The notes: generated from the letters alone by a model not told the origin. 64,000 nt of DNA from Scyliorhinus canicula (GCF_902713615.1 NW_024055453.1:186001-250000), one strand, 5' to 3'. Shown: positions 1-12,297, counted from the first letter of the stretch. Numbers and translations are program-made.

Positions 1-41
1 AATCATCTTTCAACTGGGAGAGAGGCAGGGGCATCTGGAGC

Positions 42-632
42 ATGGCGAAACCGTGGAAATGTGGAGAATGTGAGAGGGGATTTATTTGCCCGTCCCAGCT
101 GGAAATCCATCGGCGTCGCCATACCGGGGAGAGGCCATTCACCTGCCCTGATTGTGGGCAGGCATTCACTGAATCATCTACGCTGCGGAGACATCTCCGA
201 GTTCACACCGGGGAGAGGCCGTTCACCTGCTCCGATTGTGGGAAGAGATTCGCTGATTCGTCTACCCTGCTGAAACATGAGCGTGTTCACACTGGGGAGA
301 GGCCGTTCCTCTGCTCAGTGTGTGAAAAGGGATTTAATCAGTCATCCGCCCTGCGGAAACACCAGCGAATTCACACCGGGGAGAGGCCATTCACCTGCTC
401 TCAGTGTGAGAAGGGATTCAGTGATTCATCTAACCTGCAAAAGCACCAGCGAATTCACACTGGGGAAAGGCCGTTCACCTGCTCTGCCTGTGGGAAGGGA
501 TTCAGTCGTTCGTCCACCCTGCTGTCACACCAACGACTTCACACCGGGGAGAGACCATTCATCTGCTCTGACTGTGAGAAGGGATTCACTCAGTCATCCA
601 CACTCAAGAAACACCAGCAAATTCACAAATGA
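42..632 (+). CDS. C2H2 zinc-finger protein, 7 tandem fingers (ZNF-A)
   Basis: 196-aa ORF MAKPWKC...; seven CxxC-x12-Hx3H fingers joined by TGERPF linkers; ends HQQIHK-stop. Any upstream exon lies outside the window. Confidence 0.9.
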   Translation: MAKPWKCGECERGFICPSQLEIHRRRHTGERPFTCPDCGQAFTESSTLRRHLRVHTGERPFTCSDCGKRFADSSTLLKHERVHTGERPFLCSVCEKGFNQSSALRKHQRIHTGERPFTCSQCEKGFSDSSNLQKHQRIHTGERPFTCSACGKGFSRSSTLLSHQRLHTGERPFICSDCEKGFTQSSTLKKHQQIHK

Positions 633-2398
633 CAGGTTGATTTATGGGGTACAAGAAATTACCATTGCAAAATGAATGAAGTTTCACAAGCCTTAACCAT
701 CCAGCCAGAATGGACACTTCAAATGGTCAATTCATAGGATTCATTAGCTGTTCAGAGGTAGGAAAGTAACAAGTTAAAAAGATTTTTTTAAACTTTCAAT
801 GAAAAGTACGTCACCATCAAGACGGAAGATGAAACATATCTGTCAGCTGGGCTACTATATAAAGTATTTTTATTAATGATTTTCGGAAGGTACAATTGCT
901 GAGCTGACAGGTTGGTTCCAGCAGGTCACATGCTGGGTTCTGGAAGTTTCTGAGTAGTTTCAAAGTGAACAAAGGCTAACACCCCAGATGTCCTGGAATG
1001 TAACACATCTTCCATCACATGAACATTCCAGCTAAGCCACACAGTGGCCCAGCAGACAGTGGGTCTGTCTGCCCCAACCAGTTACCAACAAAGCCATCTG
1101 GTTGCAAATCCTAATCTTCAATAATGGTAAGAAGTCTTACAACACCAGGTTACAATCCAACAGGTTTGTTTCAAACATCATGGCTACCCTCAATAATGGT
1201 GCCAATGGCCTCACATTAACTGTTCTGAAGCAAACGTTTGAACATGAAACCAGTGTCTCGAAGAATAAAAGGAACCCTGATTACAACTGAATGCCTCGAG
1301 CTTCCAGCCCTGGGAAAATTATCCTTTATTCAACATCGCGGAGGAATGGTGGAAGGCTTTCCCAAGCTGGTAGCACGTGTAATATTGTCCTGGGGAATTG
1401 AACGCGGGCAGTCTCTGCTGGATCTCCGGGAAACAGCTCCAGGCACGCAGCCTGCGCTGTCCACCATCTTACCTTCAACCCCCGGTGGGGGCAGTAAGAA
1501 CTCTGACCCTCATCGAACTGCAAAGCAAGGAAGGGGGTGGACATGTGAGCACAGGAAGCGGCTGCATTTTCTCGAGCTCTGGCACTTCTCATCTTTTAAT
1601 CCTTGTTTTTAATCTGGGTGGACATTACATAATTACTTGCTTTTGGAGTACGTGCCTCGTACTATGTCCCTGGAAGATCCTGGCTGGACTTTAGCGATGA
1701 GGATCCGAGTTGAGGACTCAGTGGTTGGGGTGGGCCCAGCTTGCAGTGGTGGTTTTGCTGGTGAGCAGGCCTACAACTCGGCTGTGATGTTGACATTGTG
1801 ATGGTGGCTGCCATTAGGAAGGATGTTGTGGCCGATAGTCTCTGCTCCGTGGTGCAGCTTGTTGCTGCTCACTTTGATGAACTGCGAAACATCCTTGAGA
1901 GAACAGTGGAATCGGAGATGAGAATCCGTTTGCTCGTTGGGGCAAACTACCCAGTGAGGGCTCGTATGAATACGAAATCCTGTTGCACGGGGTGTTGATT
2001 ATTCTGACTGACTCAGAGTTGGGGCCGGACAGAGTATGCCGGCACACCAGATCCCTTGAGGGGAGTGGGGAATGTGTTCCTGGCTGAATTTGAGAATTGG
2101 CTGCCTTCACAATCTCGACATGAAGTCTGGGCGTTTTCAGTTTGATGGTAAAGTAAACTTGCCTTTATTAGGCGAGGCATAGAATTTCAGAGCAGGGAGG
2201 TTATGATGGAACTGAATAAAATGTTGGTTCGGCACAGTTAGAGAGCGAAGGCCGTCGTGAAATCGGCCGACTTTCACGACGGCCTAGGAGCCCGCTCCCC
2301 GCACCTAATCCACCCCCACCCAGAGGGCTAGGAGCGGAGCTCCGTTCTTCTCGGCGGCGCGGCCTTGACGCCATGCCGTTGACGCCATGACAATGCCG

Positions 2399-3310
2399 CG
2401 TACCTGGTGGTTGGTGTTTCCACGTGTAATGATGGTATCCATGTCGATGATCTGGCATGTCTTGCCGAGATTGCCATGGCAGGGTTTTGTGGTGTCGTGG
2501 TCGTTGTTCTGAAGGCTGGGTAATTTGCTGCAAACAATGGTTTGCCCTGCCAGGGCAATCTCTGCAAGACATGCCAGATCATCGGCATGGACACCACCAT
2601 CCATCAGGTGGAAACACCATGCACCAGGTACGTGGCACATACTCCTGCGACTCGACCAATGTAGTCTACCTCTTACGCTGCAGGAAAGGATGTCCCGAAG
2701 CATGGTACATTGGCGAGACCATGCAGACACTGCGAAAACGAATGAACGGGCATCGTGCGACAATCACCAGGCAGGAATGTTCCCTTCCAGTCGGGGAACA
2801 CTTCAGCAGTCAAGGGCATTCCGCCTCTGATCTCCGGGTAAGCGTTCTCCAAGGCGTTCTTAAGGACATGCGACAATGCAGAATTGCCGAGCAAAAACTT
2901 ACAGCTAAGTTCCGCATCCACGAGTGCAGCCTCGACTGGGATCTTGGATTCATGTCGCATTACATCCACCCCCCCCCCCCCCCCCCCCCCCCACCACCAC
3001 CATCTGGCCTGGACTTGCAAAATCCTACCAACTGTCCTGGTTTGAGACAATTCACACCTCTTTAACCTGGGATTACCCCTATCTCTGGATCTGTAATGAT
3101 TTGATTACCCGCTAATGCTCGCATTCCAAGCATTGTCTGGCATCTCTGAATTTGTCTCTATATATGTTTCTGGAACCTACCTCTCCATTCACCTGAGGAA
3201 GGAGCAGTGCTCCGAAAGCTTGTGTTTGAAACAAACCTGTTGAACTTAAACCTGGTGTCAGACTTCTTACTGTGCTCACCCCAGTCCAACGCCGGCATCT
3301 CCACATCATT
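2399..3310 (+). mobile_element. Penelope-like retroelement fragment (GIY-YIG endonuclease end plus 3' pLTR) with inverted 5' piece
   Basis: ORF 2457-3065 contains NVVYLLRC...WYIGETMQTLRKRMNGH...PVGEHF, the Penelope GIY-YIG signature; 3' region carries a hammerhead motif; 2399-2484 is an inverted copy of 2545-2632. Confidence 0.85.
3190..3224 (+). ncRNA. Minimal type I hammerhead ribozyme (Penelope-associated)
   Basis: CAC-CTGAGGA-A-GGAGC-AGT-GCTCC-GAA-AGCT-T-GTG: CUGANGA core, 5-bp stem II, GAAA, palindromic AGCU stem III and CAC/GUG stem I. Confidence 0.7.
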
Positions 3311-3324
3311 AAAAAAAAAGTGTC

Positions 3325-4090
3325 CCAGCCTCTGGATCTCTCGATGCTGTATTCCCCACCTCTGGATCTCCCACTGCTGGATTCCCTGCCTCTGGATCTC
3401 TCACTTCTGGATACCCTACCTCTGGATCTCCCACTGCTGGATTCCCCGCCTCTGGATCTCCCACTGCTGGATTCCCCGCCTCTGGATCTCTCACTGCTGG
3501 ATACCCTACCTCTGATCTCTCACTGCTGGATACCCTGCCTCTGGATCTCTCACTGCTGGATACCCTGCCTCTGGATCTCTCACTGCTGGATACCCCGCCT
3601 CTGGATCTCTCTGCTGGATTCCCCACCTCTGGACCTCTCTGCTGGATTCCCCACCTCTGGCTCTCTCACTGCTGGATTCCTGCCTCTGGATCTCTCACTG
3701 CTGGATTCCTGCCTCTGGATCTCTCACTGCTGGTTTCCCCCACCTCTGGATCTCTCACTGCTGGATTCCCTACCTCTGGATCTCTCATGGCTAGATTCCC
3801 CATCTCTGGATCTCTCTATGCTGGATTCCCCACCTCTGGATCTCACTGCTGGATTCTCCACCTCTGGATCTCTCACTGCTGGATACCCTGCCTCTGGATC
3901 TCTCACTGCTGGATTCCCGCCTCTGGATCTCTCACTGCTGGATTCCCGCCTCTGGATTCCCCACCTCTGGATCTCTCACTGCTGGATACCCTGCCTCTGG
4001 ATCTCTCACTGCTGGATTCCCGCCTCTGGATCTCTCACTGCTGGATTCCCGCCTCTGGATCTCTCACTGCTGGATTCCCGCCTCTGGAGA
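3325..4090. repeat. ~30-bp minisatellite (cctctggatctctcactgctggattccccg)
   Basis: About 25 imperfect tandem copies visible directly; gives PLDLSLLDSP-type repeats in the ORF track. Confidence 0.95.
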
Positions 4091-4782
4091 TCCAATCAGC
4101 CTTTTTGTTCTTCTTTTCCCAGCTGCTCAGACTTTCTTCCGCTCCATCTCCCACTCAGACTCAGACTTACTAAACTCCCCTTGTATACATGTAGTACAAA
4201 TTCTATGTATTAATTTTTAAAATGAATCATTTCTGCTCACTGTACAATGACTAAGGAATGTGCTGCCATCAGCTAATCCCACACTCCCAGTCTGCTGTCA
4301 GCTGATTATGGAATCATAAAGAGGCTGATGTCATTTTATGACATCAGTGGATTCCACAATCCCAATGGAACTCCGTGATGTCAGCTGGACTTTAGACCTA
4401 AGCAGTGTGATGGGAAAAGTACAGACCCAGTTTTCAAAACTGTCCCAGTTTTCTTTAATAGAGAAACTCTGCTGCCCCTGTCCCAACTCCCACTGAGTCC
4501 CATTCACCGATCACCCCCTGCACTCCCTGATCTACATTGACTGCCACTAAATTAACGACTGTTTTAAACCTCTGCCCCTCGATCTCTTTTGCTTCTTTAG
4601 GACATTTCTTAAAACCTACCTCTGACCAAGTGACTGGTCATCTGAACTAATATCTCTGTGTTTCAGTGTCAAATTCTCTTTGGTATTCACATTTGTGAAG
4701 CTCTCGGGGAAGTTTAAAGGTGCTATACAAATGCAAGGTTTTGTTGTTGTGGTTAGATCATATTCAGTGGAACCTGCTATTG

Positions 4783-5360
4783 TTTTTTTTTTTGCAATTG
4801 TGCAGTTTTATTGAAATTAAGTCAGATGCAACAAGTTAGGCAGGTTTACACAGTTACAAGACATATAACATCAGTAAAGCATGCTGGAAATTATACATTT
4901 CACAAAAAGGAATAACCAAACCAGCATCCCATTGAAGTCACTACTTTGTAGAAAAAAATGCAGGAGCTCCATATATCTACATGGGATGGGGGACCCACGA
5001 AGGATGCTTACAAAAAAAGGTAGCAAGCATACAAAATACAAGTTTCCCTCTAGTCAGCTTTTGGCTTGTAATTGTACACAGTATTACAAATTGGAGTTCC
5101 CATTAACACACTGGCCATTTAAAAAAAAAATCTTTGGATGTTTGAAAACGGTCAAATTCCAAACAAAAAAAGAGGGGATGTTAGTCTTCACTTTCTTTGA
5201 TCTCTTTGCTCTTTCGGACTTCTTCCATCCTCTTTTCCTTCTCACGTAGGCGCTCCAATTTGGCTGCTAGTTGAGCTTCACGGTTCTCTTTATTAGCTTC
5301 CATTTTGGTGGTCAGTTTTTCCTCTGCCATTTTTTTGAAATTATTGTTTTCTTCAATTGC
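4783..5360 (-). pseudogene. STMN1: Stathmin processed retrocopy, 5'-truncated
   Basis: Minus-strand translation [59 protein letters not shown] matches the stathmin C-terminus. It is followed by a 3'UTR, AATAAA (4807-4812) and an A11 tail (4783-4793), and flanked by the direct repeat ggaacctg(c/t)tattgtt (4769-4784 and 5361-5376). Confidence 0.9.
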
Positions 5361-6019
5361 GGAACCTGTTATTGTTAAGCAGTCAAACGCTTTCTTGGTG
5401 TGTCCAGAGAGGGCTACAGGAAGGCTGTTGACTATATTCGGTCATGCAAGACTTCAATGTTTAAAATACACCGAGGAAAACATTGTTATATCTTCTCTTT
5501 AAATACATAAACAGGGAAGGGGCTAAAATGAAATGTGTCCCTTTTAACCTGCACAAAAAGAGGCTCAAATTCACAGGCTGCAGGAGGAATCCGTTTGGTC
5601 CATCATTCCCCTGTTATTTCTTTGAAAGGACTCCGATTCATCCACCTGCTCTGCTCTTCCCCCACAGCCCTGCAAATTCTTCCCTTTCAAGTACTTACGC
5701 TTTGGAAAGATACTATTGAATCTGCTTTCAGGCAGATCAGAACAACTCTGTGAAAAATGAAATCTCTTCTCCCTCTCTGGCTCCTTTGCCAATGGCCTTA
5801 GAGGGACTGGTTTTCTGTTAAAGAGCCTGTCAACCCCTCTCACTCACTTTCCCTTAAGGGCATCAATCTAACAATGAAAAGTCCACCAAATTCAAATAGA
5901 TATTAATTAAATTAACTAATTAAATGTCAGTGGAGAAAGATTGTTCAGAGCGCGGCCAACCTCCGGAATGAGGACAAATGAAAGACAAGACACCTGTAGT
6001 GGTAAGAAAAAGACTATTT

Positions 6020-6915
6020 ACTTCAAATATACACAGAAAATAGAAGCCGGAGGAGGCCATTCGGCCCTTCGAGCCTGCTCCACCATTCATTCTGATCATG
6101 GCTAATCATCAAATTCAATACCCTGATCCTGCCTCCACTACCCCCGGATCCCTTTAGAACTAAATCTAATTCCTTCGTGAAATTAAACAGCGTTTTGGCC
6201 TCAACTACTTTTCGTGGGAGTGAATTCCACATATTCACTACTCTCTGGTGAAGAAATTTCCCCTCACCTCAGTTCTAAAAGGTTTACCCCTTATCCCCAA
6301 ACTGTAACCCCTAGTTCTGGACTCCCCCACCACCGGGAACATTCTTTCTGAATCTACCCTGTCTAATCCTGTTGGAATACGATTCTATGAGATCCCCTCT
6401 CACTCTTCTAAACTCCAATTAATATTATCCTAACCATACTTAGTCTCTCCTCATATGTCAGTCCCACTATCCCAGGAATCAGCCTGGTAAACCTTTGCTG
6501 CACTCCCTCCATAGGAAGAACCTCCTTCCTCAGATAAGGACACCAAATCTGCACGCAATACATCAGGTTTTGCCTAACCAATGCCCTGTACAATCACAGT
6601 AAAACATCCCTATTCCTATCCTCAAATCCTCTCGCTATGAAGGCCAACATACCATTTGCCTTCTTTACTGCCTGCTGTACCTGAGCACTTACTTTCAGCG
6701 TTTGATACATGAGGACACCAAAGTCTCGCTGAGTATCCACCTCTCCCAATTTACACCCATTCAACAAATAATTTGCTTTCCTGTTTTTGCTACCAAAGCT
6801 GAAACCTCACATTTATCCACACTATACTGCACCTACCATGTATATACCCACTCACTCAGCCTGTCCAAATCCTGCTGAAGCATCTCTGTATCCTCCTCGC
6901 AGTTCACCCTTTGCA
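6020..6915 (-). mobile_element. CR1 LINE 3' fragment (decayed RT end)
   Basis: Minus-strand pieces MYRALVRQNLMYCVQIWCPYLRKEV...QQRFTRLIPG and WNSLPRKVVEAKTL, typical CR1 ORF2 C-terminus. Confidence 0.85.
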
Positions 6916-7935
6916 TCATTTATTTACTGTGTTACTGATACCGGCTCAGACCCCAATTTATATTAGGAATCCGGATGAGACCCCAATGTTTTTTAATTTA
7001 TAAAACTGTGAGGAAAAGATACTTCACTCCCGGAGTGATTCCACTGACTAACAGCGATCTTTTATATTAAAACAAACTTTATTAGTAACACAATACCAAC
7101 TAAACTAACATCACAGAGAATAGCTGCAATTAACAGTTAAACTATTCTTAATTACTACCTTAGACCTTTTATTCTCCAATTAATCAAAGGCTATTACTGG
7201 TCAAAAGCCACTTGGAAATAAAGTTAGCAAACACAGGGATCCTTGCTGTCCTCTATGTAGAGTTGCTTTCAGTAAAAGTGAGACACCTTTCAGGTTTCCG
7301 TCTTTGACTCATTAGTTACATTTCGCTACCCCACTAACTGTCTTATTGCCATTTTAATAAGGCTAAACACAATTCCTCAATTATCTTAAACCCCGGTGAA
7401 CCTTTCTATAAACTAGATTTCATTCGCCCAATTTAGAGAAACAATTAAATGGTTAGATTCAATGATTATCCCATTTTTACAACATTTTAATTGCATCTTT
7501 TGCAAACATACCATCTGCCTGTATGTTAGATTTATTGTCACGTGCAGAGATACAGTGAAAAGTATTATTCTGCATACAATCCAGGCAGATCGTTCCATGC
7601 GTGAAATAACATAGGACATAGGATAAATACACAATGTAAATGCATAGACATAGATATTGGGTGACGCAGAGTACAGTGATACTGTAAATATGCATTTTCA
7701 AAAATATTACTGCAATATATATAAAATTGTATATGTATAATAATTTCCTACATTCATCAGAACTGTCCAGGATAAAATTAATGTATTTCATCTGCTTCTG
7801 TGGATCATTTCAGTGGAAATGTGCCCTCGCTCAGAGATTCAGCCAACAGAAATTAAAATTGGGACACTGGCCAGTGCAACGGAAAGAAACCTCCCCCGAC
7901 CCTCCCACTTCACCCACTGTCAGAATGAACGTGGG

Positions 7936-8742
7936 TCAGTCCTGGATGTGATTAACAGCAGCAACAACAGCAGAATCTAACCCCTGTAATGACTTGTGAA
8001 CTCGCTGGTGTTTCTGCAAGTGGGCTGTACTTCTGAATCCTTTCCCACACACAGAGCAGATAAACGGCTTCTCATCAGTGTGAAGTCGCTGGTGTGTTAA
8101 CAAGTTGGATGAATTAACAAATTTCTTCCCACACACAGAGCAGGTGAACGGCCTCTCCCCAGTGTGTACTCGCTGGTGTGTCTGCAGGTTGGTTAACTGA
8201 GTGAATCCCTTCCCACACACTGAGCAGGTGAACGGCTTCTCCCCAGTGTGAACCCGCTGGTGTCTCTGCAGGTGGATTGAATCAACGAATCTGTTTCCAC
8301 AAACTGAGCAAGTAAACGGCTTCTCCCCAGTGTGAATTCGCTGGTGTCTGCTCAGGCTGGATGGATCTCCAAATCCCTTCCGACACACGGAGCAGGTGAA
8401 TGGTCTCTCCCCAGAATGAACTCGCTGGTGTCTCAGCAGGCTGGACAACTGAGTGAATCCCTTCCCACAGTCAGAACAGGTGTATGGCCTCTCCCCAGTG
8501 TGAACTCGGGAGTGTGTGTGCAGGTTGGATGAATCTCCAAATCCCTTTCCACACACACAGCAGATAAACGGCATCTCCCGAGTGTGAATTCGCTGGTGCC
8601 TCAGCAGGCTGCATAACTGAGCGAATCCCTTCCCACAATCAGAACAGGTGAACGGCCTCTCCCCAGTGTGAATTCGTGAATGTGTGAGCAGTTTGGATGA
8701 ATCTCCGAATCCCTTCCCACACACGGAGCAGATAAACGGCAT
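7936..8742 (-). CDS. C2H2 zinc-finger protein, 9 tandem fingers (ZNF-B); decayed fingers continue upstream to an acceptor near 9144
   Basis: 268-aa ORF with nine intact fingers and TGE(R/K)PF linkers; broken finger sequence at 8743-9060; polypyrimidine-AG acceptor (ctcctttaacag) ending at 9145. Confidence 0.8.
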   Translation of the reverse strand: MPFICSVCGKGFGDSSKLLTHSRIHTGERPFTCSDCGKGFAQLCSLLRHQRIHTREMPFICCVCGKGFGDSSNLHTHSRVHTGERPYTCSDCGKGFTQLSSLLRHQRVHSGERPFTCSVCRKGFGDPSSLSRHQRIHTGEKPFTCSVCGNRFVDSIHLQRHQRVHTGEKPFTCSVCGKGFTQLTNLQTHQRVHTGERPFTCSVCGKKFVNSSNLLTHQRLHTDEKPFICSVCGKGFRSTAHLQKHQRVHKSLQGLDSAVVAAVNHIQD

Positions 8743-9369
8743 CTCAGTGTGAAGTTGCCAGTGTGTAAGCAGAATGAATGAAAGGACAAATCTCTCCCCA
8801 GTGTGAACTTGCTGGTGTTTGCGTAGACTGGATGAAGTAGTAAACCCGTTCCCTCACGGAGCAGGTGAACCGGGTGACCTCACTGGTGTGTCAGCAGATT
8901 GGATGAAGCAGTAAATCCTTTCCCACACTGAGAGCAGGTGAACGGTCTCTTGTGTGAGTGAGTCGATGAGTTTCCAGCTCAGATGGGGAAGTGAATCCCT
9001 TCCCACAATCCTCACAGTTTCCCCCTGGTGCGGGAGTCTCGGTGCTTTTCCAGTCACACTGATGGTAAAATGGCCGACTGTGTCAGATCTTGATGTGAAG
9101 TTTGGTTTGAGATTTCTTGCTGCAAATCCTCCCCTTTGAATATCCTGTTAAAGGAGTTTACAAATATCATCACTGTCAGTACAGCTCAGAAATTCAGAAC
9201 AGACAATTCTAGTTACTGTCTCACACACTCTATCTCTCTCTCTCCATTCTCACTCTGCTGTATCTAAGGTACACACTCCCTATTCTCCAGAAGTTGCTAA
9301 TTCCCACTGATCGACAGATCGACACTCAATGTTTCCTGTTCTCAACCAAAAGATCTTATATCCTCAGAC

Positions 9370-10000
9370 ATGAGTAGACCATTCAGCCCATCAAACCTGC
9401 TTTTCTATTTAATAAGATCATGGCTGATCGGATTGTGACCTGAACTTCATTTTCTTCCTATCACCATAATCCTCGACTCCCTTTTTGATCAAAACTCTAA
9501 CTGGGCCTTGTATATATTTAATGATGCAGCCTCCACTGCTCTCCGGGGAAGAGAATTGCAAAGACTAACCCCCCTCTGAGGGAAGACATTTCTCCTCATC
9601 TCCATCAGAAATGGGGACCCTTTATTTTGACAGTCTGCCCACTCGCTCCTGAATCCCCCATGAGGGGAAACATCCTCTCTTCATCTCCCCTATCATGTTA
9701 GCTCAGAATCTTATGTTTCAATATGATCACCTCTAAACGCCAATGAGTCCAGGCCCAACCTTTCCTCACAACACAGCACCTTCATCCCAGGTATCAGCCC
9801 GGTGATCCTTCTCTGAACTGCTCCCAATGCAAGAATCACCCTCCTTAGTGAAGGAGATTAAAAGTGTGCACCGTACTCCAGGTACTGTGATCTGATAGTC
9901 ATTACAGAGACACGGCTGCAAGATGCAAAGGCTGCGACCTGAATATTCAAGGGTGCGTGACGTTTCAGAAGGACAGGAAACTGGGAATATGCGGAGGGAC
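9370..10000 (-). mobile_element. CR1 LINE 3' fragments
   Basis: Degenerate CR1 3' end (RFTRLIPG-like stretch and cagcccatcaaacctgc tail). Confidence 0.65.
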
Positions 10001-10015
10001 ACCTCTGTTAATTAG

Positions 10016-10341
10016 ATAGATAGAATTTACAGTGCAGAAGGAGGCCATTCGGCCCATCGAGTCTGCACCAACTCCCGGAAAGAGCACCCTACCCAAGGTT
10101 AACACCTCCACCCTATCCCCATAACCCAGTAACCCCACCCAACACTAAGGGCAATTTAGCGTGGCCAATCCACCTAACCTGCACATCTTTGGACTGTGGG
10201 AGGAAACCGGAGCACCCGGAGGAAACCCACGCACACACGGGGAGGATGTGCAGACTCCGCACAGACAGTGCCCCAAGCCGGAATCGAACCAGGGACCCTG
10301 GAGCTGTGAAGCGATTGTGCTATCCACAATGCTACCGTGCT
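10016..10341 (-). mobile_element. tRNA-derived elasmobranch SINE (HE1/V-SINE-like)
   Basis: Reverse complement of the consensus ...ggtttcctccgggtgctccggtttcctcccacagtccaaagatgtgcaggttaggtggattggcc... with a CR1-like ttctat tail. Confidence 0.9.
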
Positions 10342-10611
10342 GTCATTAGTACAATAGAGAGAGTTGACCTTAGTTCTGGATATCAAGATGCACAATCATG
10401 TTGGATATTGATAAGAAATGATAAACGTAGGAAGTCACTTGTGGGATTCGTTTCTAGGCCCCCCGAACAGTAACCACACTGTAGGGCGGAGAATACAGGG
10501 AGGAACAATGGCTTGTGAGAAAAGTACTGCAATAATCATGTGATTTTAATCTACATACAGGTTGTGCTAATCAGATTGGTAACGGTAAACAGGCAGATGA
10601 GCTCATTTGAT

Positions 10612-10820
10612 TTTTAAATTTAGAGTACCCAATTATTTTTTTCCAATTAAGGGAAAATTTAGCATGACCAATCCTGCACATCTTTGGGTTGTTGGTGTGA
10701 AACCCATGCAGACACGGGGAAAATGTGCAATCTCCACACGGGCAGGGAGCCGGGGCTGAGATCAAACCCGGGTGCTCAGTGCTGTGCAACAGCAGTGCTA
10801 ACCACTGCAACACCGTCCCG
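10612..10820 (-). mobile_element. tRNA-derived SINE (short subfamily)
   Basis: Same SINE core, ending aaattgccccttaattgg-type tail on the minus strand. Confidence 0.8.
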
Positions 10821-12297
10821 CACACAGAGGGCGTGTTTTTGGGACAGTTTCTTAAGTCTGCTGACCTCAGAGCAAACTAGTCTCGATCACTCAATCACTG
10901 AATTGCTAGGGTGCAGAAGGCCCATTGTGTCTGCACCAGCTCTCCAAATGTGGATGACTTAGTGCCGTTCCCCGTACCTCCCTTGACAACTTCACATCTG
11001 AAATGATTGCTCAATACTGGGTTACAAAGTCCTCAGGGTTAAACCGAGCAGCTTCTCCTGCATCTCCATTCCAGCCAAACTGATACAACAAACCAATGGG
11101 AATTGGACAAGACCTTGGAAAGAAAAAATGCTGCAAGGAAGTGAAGGACAGGGGAATGGGATGAGGCAGCATGGGTATGATGGGCTGAATGGCCTCCATC
11201 TATATTGTAATCATTCAATGATTCTGCGACAAAGGACTGTAATTGGAGGCCAGAGACTAACCTCCACAACCAACCCTCCCCAATGCAAATCAGTTCTTAA
11301 TTGGTCTATCTCTGCTTCCAGACTCCGTTCCGTGAGAAACGCCTGTAACAGAATAAGAGCAAAATACTGTGGTTACTGAAAATCTGAAATAAAAAGAGCA
11401 AATACTGAAAATACTCATCATATCAGCAAGTAACTGTGGCAAGAGAAACAGAGTTAACATCTCCGGGTGACAGAATAAATAAACATATGAACAAGGAGCA
11501 GGAGTCGCCATTCAGCCCCTCAAGTCTGCTCCACCATTTAGTAAGATCATGGCTGGTCTGATAGTAATCTCAAATCTTCAATTGCAGGGAATAAATATGG
11601 AGCAGAATTTGATGGTTAATATCAGCTGATGAGCAGAAGGAAAATGATCTCTGATGCTGGAAAAACAATTCCTGACCATGGGAAAATAAAGATGGTAAAT
11701 CAGCAGCACATAGCCAAGCGATGGGCAGCAGTTAAATCTTCATTCAGGCACATTGGAAGAAATAACAGTAAAATACCAAACATGGTTAAAATAAATCCAC
11801 TATTAGAGGCAGAAGACATCAGACAATGGCAGAGAGGTGATGAGGGAGGGCAGAGTTGAAACAGAGCAATGGGTGAACATGGATTCAGATCCACAGTGAA
11901 GGTAGCAAACCTGCCCCAGAGCCCTGGAACCAGAGCACAGATAACAAAACACACTAAAAAGTCTAAATTACAGATGAATGCTGAATAATACTCACCTCTG
12001 GAACTATTTCACAGTTTTCAAATTTAAACACTGCTGTTGGAGCTGCAGCTGGAAATAATTCAGCAGCACTGGAATCAGAGAAAAACTGCAGTCTTCAAAT
12101 CTTCTGGAGTGTGGCGGCTCGGGGCTTTTCACAGTAACTTCATTGCAGTGTTAATGTACACCTACTTGTGACAATAAAAAATGTGCTTATTATTAAGGTG
12201 TGCCCTGCAGCACCTTTCCCCCTCGAAAGAGGGTGGCTGTAAACCAGACCTTTCAATCAATGAGTCATACATTTTATCTCCTGGCTACTGGAACCCC

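Noticed and set aside
3272-4213. 313-aa PLDLSLLDS repeat ORF
   Set aside because: Translation of a 30-bp minisatellite; no supporting splice or promoter context.
6928-7484. Possible solo LTR (TGTT...AACA termini)
   Set aside because: No convincing target-site duplication and no second copy in the window.
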